Of a DNA stretch of 64,000 nucleotides, positions 1-11,273 are shown piece by piece. Made by a program: the position numbers and the translations under genes. Position 1 is the first letter of the stretch. Each line of letters begins with the position of its first letter. The notes beneath the pieces were generated by a model that was given only the letters and a program-made list of their open reading frames with translations, did not search any database and was not told the origin of the DNA. This DNA is from Tubiluchus corallicola (lineage: Eukaryota > Animalia > Priapulida): contig JAQGDQ010000026.1 in assembly GCA_030141605.1 (NCBI GenBank), positions 186,001-250,000 on the forward strand, read 5' to 3'.

Positions 1-291
1 TTAGACATGTACCCATTATGCCATCTGAACCTTGGGTAGATTCCTTTTCTTTTTACCAATGCCATGCTTGGAGTGCAGGGGTATGAAGTTTTATCCAAAC
101 TGAATCGTTAACCCTGTTGTTTTAAGTCATATTCTAATAATATACCTTTTTATATTTTTTGTATTTATACAACTCATACAAGCAGTTAACTGTGCACTGG
201 CTAAAGGGAAACAGAGATAGAAAGCAGTAACTGCAAGTTCGGCTTTAAAATTACAGTTTTCTATTTCTATAAAATAAGATACCTTGGAATA

Positions 292-1527
292 CAGTCTAGC
301 CTCGTTATCTCGCCACTATCTGTCTAGGGCAAATTTTTGGCGAGAGCCGAGTATGGGAATATAGTCGAGATAACGGGAATATAAAGAAGTTAGTCTATAT
401 GTATATACATAATAGTTGATTAACATAGTGTTCCTTTATGTACATATAAAATATATTTCGCATTATGATACCAATCATCATTAAATCAGAAATGAAAAAA
501 ATGTCATAAAAATAATCTTAGAATGTTACTTTTTTATTTAAAAAACCTTTTTTGAGTATACACTTAAATGCAATAAACTTTTAGAAAGATTTTTTGCAAA
601 AGATTTAGAAATGTTCACAAATGAGTTACTGACGACTGAAATAATTCAGATGAGACGACTGTTTCATTGATGATACAGGCAAGCAGTCATAATGACGTTC
701 ACTCAGCTCAAAATTTTTTATTACACGTGCTGCCTGTTCTCTGCCCCTATCAAGAACGTCTGAATCTACACCAGCACTTTCACCGCAGATGTTCTTGCTT
801 CCAATTCCACACCTCAACTTGAAACGTTGCAGCCATCCGTTAGAGTACAGGAAGTCGGTTATGCCCAGTTCATTTCCAAAGTGCTTGGCCTTTTCGCGCA
901 AAACAGCATCAGTGATGACCACATTTTGTGATCGTGCATTCGTGAACCATAGCTGAAGTGCCATGTCCAGATTGGAATGCTGTCCACGTCGCAATTTCGT
1001 TGAGCCTCTGTGACCATGATTTTGCATCCATTTTTCTTTACTCGCTATTATATCTCCTACACTTCTCCGGCTAACAGTGTCACCAAATTTCGCACTAAAT
1101 ACAATAGCAATTTCCTGCTGTGTCTTTGAAGAATTATTCGTATGACAAATACAAATTTCCTTTTTTTGTTCAGGATTAAGACAAAACAGTTTTCGCTTCA
1201 GAGACATCATGTAAAGTTGCTCACACTTTGAGGAAAAGTGCTTTAGTTTCTCTGCGCATTAACCAACCACAGCACTCCTAATGTAATCCTACAAGCAGCA
1301 TTCTCTACATACAGCGGTTATATTGATCGACACGCGGTATATGTATTGATCGATTCACCTCTGAGTTTGTCTGTTTGGTGACATAACGAATATAGTTTAC
1401 ATAAGCACCATCCTAGCATGACGTGGCGAGGGTGGGACACCTAACGAGGTAAATATCAAAGCAGGATATCCGTCCTGGTACTTTCTATGGCGAGAGATGA
1501 GTTTGGCGGCATAACGAGGCTAGACTG
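292..1527 (-). mobile_element. pogo/Tigger (Tc1-mariner superfamily) DNA transposon, internally deleted
   Basis: 24-bp TIRs (cagtctagcctcgttatctcgcca at 292; tggcggcataacgaggctagactg ending 1527; 2 mismatches), TA on both flanks, and a Tigger-like ORF inside. Confidence 0.92.
626..1210 (-). CDS. Tigger/CENP-B-like transposase N-terminus (two HTH DNA-binding domains), DDE catalytic domain missing
   Basis: 194-aa ORF with LDMALQLWFTNARSQNVVITDAVLREKAKHF, FLYSNGWLQRFKLRCGI and ICGESAGVD motifs typical of CENP-B/Tigger HTH. It ends in a Tigger-like KQSSHLNYF tail with no DETG/DDE region. Confidence 0.85.
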   Translation of the reverse strand: MMSLKRKLFCLNPEQKKEICICHTNNSSKTQQEIAIVFSAKFGDTVSRRSVGDIIASKEKWMQNHGHRGSTKLRRGQHSNLDMALQLWFTNARSQNVVITDAVLREKAKHFGNELGITDFLYSNGWLQRFKLRCGIGSKNICGESAGVDSDVLDRGREQAARVIKNFELSERHYDCLPVSSMKQSSHLNYFSRQ

Positions 1528-2329
1528 TACATTAATTGGAGAAGGAGAGCAGTAAGTGTTAATTCTGTTTCTATGCCAACCCTGGGACAGTTGTCATTTT
1601 TTAAGTTTGTAATGGGGTACAAATTTTAAACTTGTCATGGGAAATTACTTATTTCACAAAAACTGCTGTTTAAAATGAAATTTCTTTGCAATAGCAAAAA
1701 AGAGCGTCATATGTTTGGTAAGAATGCATCAAAATCTCAGTTTTGATAAAACCGTACTTCAGTTGCACAGCAGAATAGTTAAAATAGTTATGATTATAAT
1801 GAACCGAAAAAGGAAATAAAAGCATTACTCGTTGGCTACTGCTTTAAATTGTTTACTTACACAGTTTTCACACTGGAGTAAACTATCATCAGATCTAACA
1901 AATTTTATGTCAACTAGTGACTAATAATTATTGTTATTCTTGAGTGCTGTCTTGTAATCTAGCTAGCTACAACATTATGTATATTTACATATAATGTAGC
2001 TAGATTAGTTACGCCTACTACTAAAAAAACATGTTGTTGGTGGCGAAGAATTTCAATAATGCTTTAAATAATACCAAGACCATGATGGTAAAGTTTCAGC
2101 ATTTTATTGCTCAGTGCACAGGTATATGCAGTCATACAGTAACTAAATTGAAAGACTTAAGATTTTTCAGCAGAGGTCTTCAGTGTTTACTTCTGTAATT
2201 ATATCAAAATATTGCACTTAAATAACTAAATTTCAGGTTGAGCATTGCTAAAAACTAAATGAAAGGACAACTACTGATCAACATAAAGTTTTTACTGCCA
2301 TCAAAATCAACAGATTTGCATGAATGCAT

Positions 2330-2440
2330 ATACTACTACTCCTGCTTCTGCTGCTGCTATTACTACTACTGCTACTACCACTACTACTTCTATTACTACT
2401 ACTAACTACTAGTAAATAGTAGTAGTAATTCTATTATTAC
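2330..2440. repeat. (TAC)n/(TGC)n trinucleotide microsatellite
   Basis: tactactact...gctgctgct...tactactact visible directly. Confidence 0.8.
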
Positions 2441-2489
2441 TAGTACATGCTGGGTGACATACTTAAGTGCTCTGAACCAGCGTTGTGTG

Positions 2490-2640
2490 ATGTGGGTGTA
2501 AAAAGCGAACCGTCGCGATTCAGTAATCGAAACAGTCGTAGCAAAAGACCTGTGAAACTCCGAAACGCTTTTTGGCTTTTGCGACCTAAATTTTGCGGTT
2601 CCACATTTGACGATGGCGGAAGCGATTTATCGGAATTTTG
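2490..2640 (+). promoter_or_regulatory. Probable promoter/5' UTR of the GPATCH2-like gene
   Basis: Local CpG-rich patch in AT-rich DNA with a GATGGCGGAAG (YY1/ETS-like) motif. A candidate donor act|gtaagt lies near 2791 and a strong acceptor (tttttttgtgtag) lies just before the ATG at 3805. Confidence 0.4.
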
Positions 2641-2904
2641 ATATTTTCTAATAATTGGTTGATATTTACTGAATAAACAATCTGTACTAAGTTTATTAGG
2701 AATTAGAATGTAGTGGTAGTTAAAGTTGTTTATTAAAAGTAAGTTTGATATCCTAATTGGCAATTCAATTTATTGCTCAAATACATAACTGTAAGTGTAA
2801 TGTACATTAGCAAAAGACAATACAGTGCATACATATCAGATGGTACATACATATAAAATTAATTCATAAAAGCTTTGTGCAAAAGGTTATTTTCAGTGTT
2901 AGTA

Positions 2905-3400
2905 CAGTGGCCGCCGCTTATTGTGGACACCTCGGGCCAGCAGTGTATGTCCATATTAAGCGGCTGTCCATATTAAGCGAAGTGACCCATGAAGACCCTT
3001 CCCCTTCATTAAAAAAGGCAAAAAACTGTCTGTATCAACTCGTCTCCTGTTTTATTGAAAAAAAGAAGTCAGACGAGTTTGTTTGGCTGGAAACTTTTCT
3101 CTCAACCTTGAACGGAAGGAAGTTATCACAGTTTCGAAGCTCTCAAGGCCACGGCAAACGGCGAACTGACTGATGCAATGACTCACACAGGCAGCAGAGC
3201 GGGAAGCTCTTTTCAATCACGCGCGCAGGCCGTGGTTGGCACGGCTGGTTCACCTGCCAAGAATGTTCGCTGTCCATATTAAGCGGCGGTTGTCCATATT
3301 AACCGGCGGATTTTATTAGGGGAAAATTCCGTCCCTCGCGAGTTGTCCACAATAACCGGCTGTCCACAATAACTGTGTCCATAATAAGCGGCGGCCACTG
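2905..3400. mobile_element. pogo/Tigger-type MITE
   Basis: TIRs cagtggccgccgcttattgtggacac / gtgtccataataagcggcggccactg, TA on both flanks, repeated subterminal tgtccatattaagcg motifs. Confidence 0.9.
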
Positions 3401-3804
3401 TAATAATAAGTGATATCTAAGGAAGTCTGTCGCTGTCACTTAGTGGTACAATATGCAAGCCGGAGTCCAGCACTCAGTGGCTGCAAGTTTTATTATAACC
3501 ATGCTGGAACCTTTCAGGAGTGTATTTCCATACCACCAGATCGATATAGCATCAGCCAAGTTCTAAATAAATTTTGAATTTCAGCACTCGAACACTTACC
3601 ACTCGTGTTTTACCTGGAAAGACCATTCGGCAAGTTTTTCAATATTAGTTGTGCTTCTGCTCTTATGTGAGAGTTTGAAGAAGGTCTTTGAGTATGTCAC
3701 TTATGGGAAGTCTCACCAATATTTAATAGTAGTGCCTAATGCCACCTACTGTTTTTGAGTAAGGTGTGTAATAAATGTAAAATAATTTTTTGTGTAGCAC
3801 CACT

Positions 3805-6800
3805 ATGGAGGAGATGGAGAGCTCGGACTTCGTTAGAGATTTCGAGAACCTTCATGTTTTGGCATCGTATGATTTCCGCAAAATGGACGATTTGGTCCAT
3901 GACTTAAGTCTTGCTTTAGAAGAATCATCGAAAACAAAAAACCGCCATGATAGTAAGTACAAATGCAAGAAACGCCGACAGAGGAAGAGAAAATCGGAGT
4001 CGGTACTGGTGACGTCATGGAATGTAGCTAATCTAAGCGAAACTTCAGAGAGCAGTCTTGATTGTGTATTAAAAGATTATGTAGAAAAACTTACAGACTC
4101 CAGTGACAGTAACATAGAAGGAGTGATTATACCAGGAAGAACTAAATCCCTCTCTTTAGTTGAATCAGATTCTTTTACAGACACTTTTACTCCTAAAATG
4201 CACCATCGGCGGCGGCGGAAATGCAAACGAATGGCCATGGATGTTCAGCTAAGTTTGTCGCCGAGTATTGTGGAGCATAATTTTCTCAGACCAAAACATA
4301 GAAGGCGCCGACGGAAAGTAAAAGCAAAATTGTCTGATAGTGAGAGCAAAAATTCTGTAAAATTCCTTGCACACACAGCACCTGGAAAACGCAAGAGAAG
4401 TTTTTGCGAAAAGAGACGAGTCCATCCGTTTGATGATTCTGAAGGTCATGTTGTTAGCATGATTCAGAATGACGCCAAAATGGAACTAAACGCAGAGGAT
4501 TGTAATCACAGTGATAGGTATTAACAGTAAACAAAAAATTAAAACAACAAGTTTTAGTATTAGTTCTGCAAATTTTGACTTATACTATGTATTTGTATAC
4601 CTATACGTATTCACATGTTGTATACAAAAGAGTTTGTTATTTTGCACATAAGTAAAATACTGTGAAAAATAAAATTTAGTGCGTGTTGGAGATGTTTGCC
4701 AATTTTACGAGGACTCCCTGACACATGTTCCCAGCTGCATAAATTACACTAGTAATACTATCAACCTTTAACTTTGCATAATTCGCTTGGAATGGTGTGT
4801 CCAAAAAAATTACGCAAACAAACCTTTGAAGCTCAATCACAAAAATTTAGCTGTCAGTTTTTTCTGGTCTTTAGTAGTAGTTAAGCTATCGTATGCCAAA
4901 AGTAATTTTTGGTTCATAAATGTTACTGGGATTTGTATGGCTAACTAATTAGCTCTATGGAGTTTCTGCTTTAAAGTATTAGCTTTAAATGGTGCATTAT
5001 TTTAACAAAATTTTGTGTTTTCAGTTATAGTACATGTAGCAGTAGTTTGAGTAGCAGTGAGAGCGATCTTGGTGTTTTCACACATGATGAAGGACGGGAA
5101 GGTTTGTTTTAAAGATTTAGGCCATTTTCTTACCAGTTTAGAATTTTTCATCTTCTCATTAAATTAAGAAACACATCTTTTAACTAAGTTGATTATTTTT
5201 GTTCAGGAAATTCCTGGTCTTACGTTTTTGAACCTGTCACCTTAGAACAAACAACCCTCAACAAAACTCTCACAAAGTAACATTGTAACAGGGATAAGTA
5301 AGTTATGCAATAGTGAATGAAATTTTGTTTACTCTTGCTAACATGGTACTACACAGCAACTACAGGCGTGGAAAGACCGTAGGCTTTAATAAGTAAATTT
5401 GTTGTCATTTGCAAATAGGGGACGATGAGCAGAGTGATTATTACCATGATTCTGGTTTGGCTTACGGAATACCCAGCGTTAAACAGACGTGGAATAAAGA
5501 ACAAGATGAAAACCAAGGAGTAGATGCAAATGTGCAAAAAATCTTAAATGGAGTCTTCCCGCATTTAGCAAAAACGTGTCAACAGAATTTTCGATGCAGG
5601 CTGAACAGATTAAGTGGCTTGGTAACTATTGTGATGTTTGCTAAAATAATTTTCCAGTGGGGCCTTTAATTTCATCAACTGATAGATGATTGAATCATAC
5701 TACTTCAAAAAAATTTAACAGTGCTTCATTGTTTTCCTGAGGTTGTCAACATGCAAAACAAAAAACTTGTTAATTTTTGAGCAATTATATATGTGCAAAG
5801 TGTTAAATCTGCTGTAAAAGCTGGCATCACTGAATAAATAGTTATCAAAGTGTTAAAATAATTACATAATCTGTTGACTGAAATCTTTGCTTGCTGCAGT
5901 CTTTGTAAAGTCTTTCATTGATTGATTCTACATGACCTTTAGAACACCCATTAATAAGTACTTGTGTTTTTTACTGTGCTATTTTGTTTAGTCTGGCAGA
6001 GAAATTAGAGCTGGTCGAAGAAGGTTACGTGAACGAGTAAGTTGAATTATCACATTTGTAATGGTGAATTGTTTAAGTAGTAGTCTTTTTTTACAGCTGC
6101 AAGTGCTAACACCTTAAGTTTATTGTTCTGACATAACAAAGTTTATTGAAACAGGCCCACGAGAGTGTCAAGTACTGAAGGGTTTTGGGAGACTGAGATG
6201 ACATCAATCAGAAATTATCGCATATTATAAGAACATAGTTGCACAAGATCGTTTGCACATTCATGTTTACTGAAACGGAACAAACAAATTTCACCAGTTC
6301 AAATATATCGTTGAACTTATCAGAAGATTGCTGTATTCGTTCTAAATTTTTATTTTGTTTTTTGAAAAAGGTTGCGTTTCATGAGAGCATAAACTTCCAT
6401 TTTTTTGTCATTTTTTCATTTTGCCTTCTAGATAGTATGGTGAGTAACACTGCAGAAACGTTTGGTAGTTTCATTTTAATGATTAAAGTTCACTACTCTA
6501 TATAGAGTTTAAAGTTTTTTTATTTTATTTTGCATTCCAGAACTCTGACCAATGCATTTTCAATTTTGCTAATTTTATCATTTTTTTATCTGTAGAGACT
6601 TCATGGTTTACCTGCCTGGGCAACTACCAATGAAAAGATTTGCCAGTATTTACTGGATTCTAGTCAAAGCGAGTAAGCATCAAGGAATGTTTCTTATCGA
6701 CTAGGCATATTAATCTGTACTACGGTAGACGCCGCTTAACAGACTCACTTTGGGACCGAAGAAGGGTTTTGACTCAGTTAACCGACTGAACCTATTAACC

Positions 6801-9800
6801 GATGGGTGTGGTATTACAAGTATAGAAGTATGAGTCATCACCTTACTGTGCACTGCAAAGGTTTTTAATAAATTGTAGAAGCGAAGTAGTGACTAAATTC
6901 CTTTGTGCAGTTAAAAATTAGAAAAAGTATTTTAAAATATTAATTTATATAAGTGAATTAGCAATAAATTAAAAAGTATACTTTTCGAAATCTCACAAGT
7001 CTGTTTATTTGTAAAAATTACAAAATTTCCTTCAAAGTCGGCTGTTTCATTTTCTCACAAAGAAGTTGGCCCACAAGGTTCTTGTAATTATAAGTGTCGA
7101 AAATCTGTTGTTGTGTGTGACTAAAACAGTTCTGAATGTCTGCTCACTTACATTGCCCTTATTTACTGTAAGATGTTTACTCTTGTAAGTCACGAGGAAT
7201 CCCGGCTCATTACTGTTGTACCTGCATCTTTGACTGTCAACTCATTAAGCCTGAAAGCATGATTTGCGACGAGAGCATCAAAAGAAACCGCTAGGCAAGC
7301 GACTAAATGTTTAGCTTCCAGAAATTCTTTGGGTGACAGTGGGCGAGCAGGTAGCAGATTCAAAGCAAAATTGCTACACGAGTATATTAGTGCATGATAA
7401 AGGTATCTGCATACATTATGCACAAAAGGGAAGTAAAGATGACATAAAAGTAGGAAGAGCTCTTTTAGCACATACAAAATATCTTATTTTAAGTAGGTGA
7501 AGGAAAAATATTGAGTCAATTATCGATAGTTTTTATGTAGATTTGAATAGAAGCGGTCCATTCCAGGCGTTTTTGAGTCAATTAAGCGATTGAGTCTATT
7601 AACCATGAGTCTATTAAGTGGTGCTTACTGTAATCGTAACAAGATATACTCTACTTAAGCATATAGAAAGTGAATGACCATAGTGTGTGCTAGTAATTAA
7701 AGTTAGTAATGCCGAGCCTGGTTTACATATGGATGAGGTTGCTTCTAGTCGGATTAGCTCATCTACTGCCTGACCATTTACCTCATTAAAGGGGGATGAA
7801 TGCTCAGCCGAACATGGCCTAATCACAACCTCCAGTTCAGGTACTCACGCTGGAGGATCATCTTTGGTAGTGAGCTGGATTCCAGTCCTGCCACTGCCAT
7901 TATCTTTAAAGAGATCTGCCATTAAGTGTTGGATCTGAACTTGCAGAACTTGTTAAACTGTATAGCAAGAAAATCAATCATTTCAATCCAATCTTGCATT
8001 CTCTTTTCACAGTGAATGAAGAGCTGGTATCCTCTGAGTTGTTTACTATGGCAATTTTATTGCTCTTGCTTTCTTTTTGTGTTTCATTTATTTCTATTTT
8101 TACTTTTCTATTTTAGTCTTTTCTATCTTTTGTTTTATTGATAAAAATTAGTGAAAAGTAATCACTGTTTTGGCTTGTGTGTGTATGATGAGTGCTTTTT
8201 TTATTTCAGACTACGTTTACATCTAAAAAAGAAACACGAGCAAAAAAATGTAAGTATGCGTGTCTTCTGTAACTCGTCAGTGGCCTATTGATAGGCCTGC
8301 CAGGCTTATAATATAGACAAACATCTTTATACTGCCCACTTTGGGGGACTTCAGAAAAAGTTGGCATTAAGTGAGCATGGTATTAATACGAGATGCATTA
8401 ATACATACATGTCTATGCAATTATAGATATTTCGTTTTGCTAAAAATGTGGCCGTTAATCGAGGTTGGTATTACAAAAGGGGGCATTATAACGATTTTTG
8501 GATGTAGTGTTAGTTATTTTTTGTCTTGGTGTTTTGTTAGAAGGTAAATTTATACAATTTTATTATTGTTTTTTATGCATTAAACGGTTTTTTATAAGCA
8601 TAAATAGAGTACTTTTGTCTTTTGCAGCCAATGTCTTGTGTCTCAGTGGCATCTTGTACTGTTGATGCTGAAACTGCGCCACGAAAAGCTGTTGCAAAAA
8701 AGTATGTTATGTTTGTTAGGTTATTGTAATTTGTCTCACTTTGAGTCTAGTTATTTGCATTTTGCTCAGTGCAAAAAATAAAGTTGTCCATGAAGTACCA
8801 AATCTAAATCTAATGACTACAGTGGCGGACTGGCCCACCGGATTGCCAGGAAATTTCCCGTTGGCCCCAAAGTGATGGACCATCACTTTAGAAATAACCG
8901 AAAATAAGTAAAAACTAAAAAAAGAAAAATATTGCATAGATTCTGAGAAGATTTAAGTAAGACTTCTTCAGTGCTATAATTTCTTTCGGTAGAAAATAGA
9001 TATCCTCAATATCTTGTTTGATGAAATTTTTTTCATTTTTATTGATTTTTTTAAATTTTGTTTTGGTTTATGAAATCTTAAGCACATTATGTTCCTTCAG
9101 TAATTCAGAATTTGAGGCATCGGCTAAAAAGCGCAAATTATTTTTATTACATCATGAAAAACAGGTGTGTATACACATTGCTCATTACAAATTATTCAAC
9201 CTAATAGCAACATAATGAAATTATATATTGCAAAAATGTGAATGGTCTCGTTTTTTTTATTTTGTATTTTGTTGCTGTTGTTAATGTACTGCGCACAGTA
9301 GGAATTTAGGACAATTACCACGTGGCTCATATACCAGTACAATGAAGAAAACGCCCGCTAAAACAATATCAGGTCAGAATACTTCATTTACAGCTGACTA
9401 GTCAGGTTCACATTGCACATTAGGTAAGTCATGTGGGAATTGCCTGCTTTGCTGTTTCCGTAAACTGTTTAAGTATTCTTTGCATGCATCTGCATACTTA
9501 AATTTGTTCTTAATTAGCTTACAAATATCTTTTGACCTTGTTTTTCACACAAGTCACTTGTGAACATGCATTCAGTAAGTTGAAAATTGTAAAAACTCGT
9601 TTACACTTTTTGCTGTCAAATGAGCTCTCTGAAATTTTTATGTTGATAAGCATCGAAAAACATTAATTTTACTTTCTGAAATTTCTGTGGATGATATTAT
9701 TCCCTTTCTTATGAAAAAATCATCACAGTTTTCTAGATTGCTTGCTGTCTAGGAGATTTGTGCTTTGTAAGTTAAATTTAATTTGATTATTGTAGTGATA

Positions 9801-11273
9801 TGTGCACACATTAAAAAATGCACACGTTCCAATTTTAAATATACTGTGAAAACAATTTCAAATTATGCTTTGTAAAATACTCAGATTGGTTGTTCTATGA
9901 TTGAGATTTTCATTTTTTTACAAGATAATGAAAATTTTCTAGTATTTGTGTTATGCGCACATTAACATAAATAAATACAACAATATTGAATAGATGTAAT
10001 GTTTTATTTGCTTTCCTTTGACTACGTTTTGGGATTAAGTGCATCCTTTTGACTGGACCTTTTTATAAGTTTTCTCCATAAATTTGACCCAGTCCGCCAC
10101 TGAACGACTGAAGTACCAAAGTAGTGTAAAACTGAAAGACAAGACTAATACTGTGTGAAGAAGGGATGATAATTCTACAGGTTAGTTTATTTAGCCTGTC
10201 ATACACTATACAGTGAAAACATCTCTTTTATAAACAGTGGAGCAAATTTAGTTTTAATTTTGTATGGTTAATTTTTTAAAACTTAAAATTTGCTGCTGGT
10301 CTTCTTTAATTGCTTTGTAGATAACAGAAACTATGTTAAATTTGTGCTAAAAATTACTAGATGTGTTTTCTTACAAAATATTTCTTGCCATGTAACTGTT
10401 ACTTACAATCGCAACCCATAACACTTATCAACTTGCCTAGTAATTTTGTAAGAGTTTGTAATTGAATTAATGTGATCGTAGACACTTCCTGAATCAGGCA
10501 GCTCATCCAGTCGCTCAGCTGGCAGATATGAAGCGGTTGAAGAGGACTCCACCTCCAAGTCCCGAGTCTTCGCAAATAGAAGGTATTGTTTTCACCATTT
10601 ACTTCTTTGGTGACAATAATATTGAATAATTATAGTGTTTACAAGTATTATGTAAACATGCGTTGTGATACCTTTTGTGACGATAGTTGTTTCATCAAAG
10701 TGCATCAGTATCATGATAATCAGTAAGCTAATTATGTTTTTGCTTATAAGTTTCTGAAATGGCTTGCAGCAAATGTGGACTAAAAATGCACCAGCATACA
10801 TTTAAATCAGAAAGTATTGAAATGGTTTGCATTCCTGGTGGCTCACAGTGCAAACAATGCCAGGTTATAAACAAAAATCAAAAATTTACTGAATCATTTT
10901 AGCACTTCATTGTGTATCGTGATATGTACCGTATTGTGAGATTACTATTGTGATTTGTTTCCTATCATAGCTTAGATGTATTTATAGACCCTTTGTCATG
11001 ATAAATTCTTAGTTTAGTGTAACGTTTAAAGCAGCTTGACCTGTGTTTTATTTAGTAATTAAACCTCAAATGTGTGTGTCTGTGTATTAATGTGTCACTA
11101 TGAACGCCATTAAGAATCGTTTTTTTGCAGTTCTTGTAGGTACAACAACTGTGGCAGCGCCACTGGCAGAACACGGTTTTACCAACAGATTGCCTGAAAG
11201 TTCAAATTCTTCGCAAGAATCCTTATGCCTGCATGCTAGCTTTCGACAGATGTTGAATTTTTCACATAAGTAA
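3805..11273 (+). CDS. GPATCH2: G-patch domain-containing protein 2-like (GPATCH2/GPATCH2L family), 9 coding exons
   Basis: Exons 3805-4517, 5025-5101, 5419-5621, 5992-6036, 6596-6672, 8210-8249, 8628-8701, 10482-10582, 11131-11273. All introns are GT-AG and phase-consistent. Motifs MDDLVHDLSLALEES, RRRRKCKRMAMD, SSLSSSESDLGVFTHDEGREGDDEQSDYY and ILNGVFPHL...FRCRLNRLSG match vertebrate GPATCH2 (MEELVHDLVSALEES; GLFTNDEGRQGDDEQSDWF). Confidence 0.88.
6723..7630 (-). mobile_element. pogo/Tigger non-autonomous element (intronic in GPATCH2-like)
   Basis: Ends cggtagacgccgcttaa / ttaagtggtgcttactg with TA flanks. It is the reverse complement of the element at 44193-45148. Confidence 0.88.
8820..10102 (+). 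mobile_element. hAT-superfamily DNA transposon remnant
   Basis: TIRs cagtggcggactgg / ccagtccgccactg and an imperfect 8-bp TSD (aatgacta / aacgactg). A relic hAT dimerization motif TQVTCEHAFSKLKIVKTRL lies at about 9547-9606. Confidence 0.88.
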
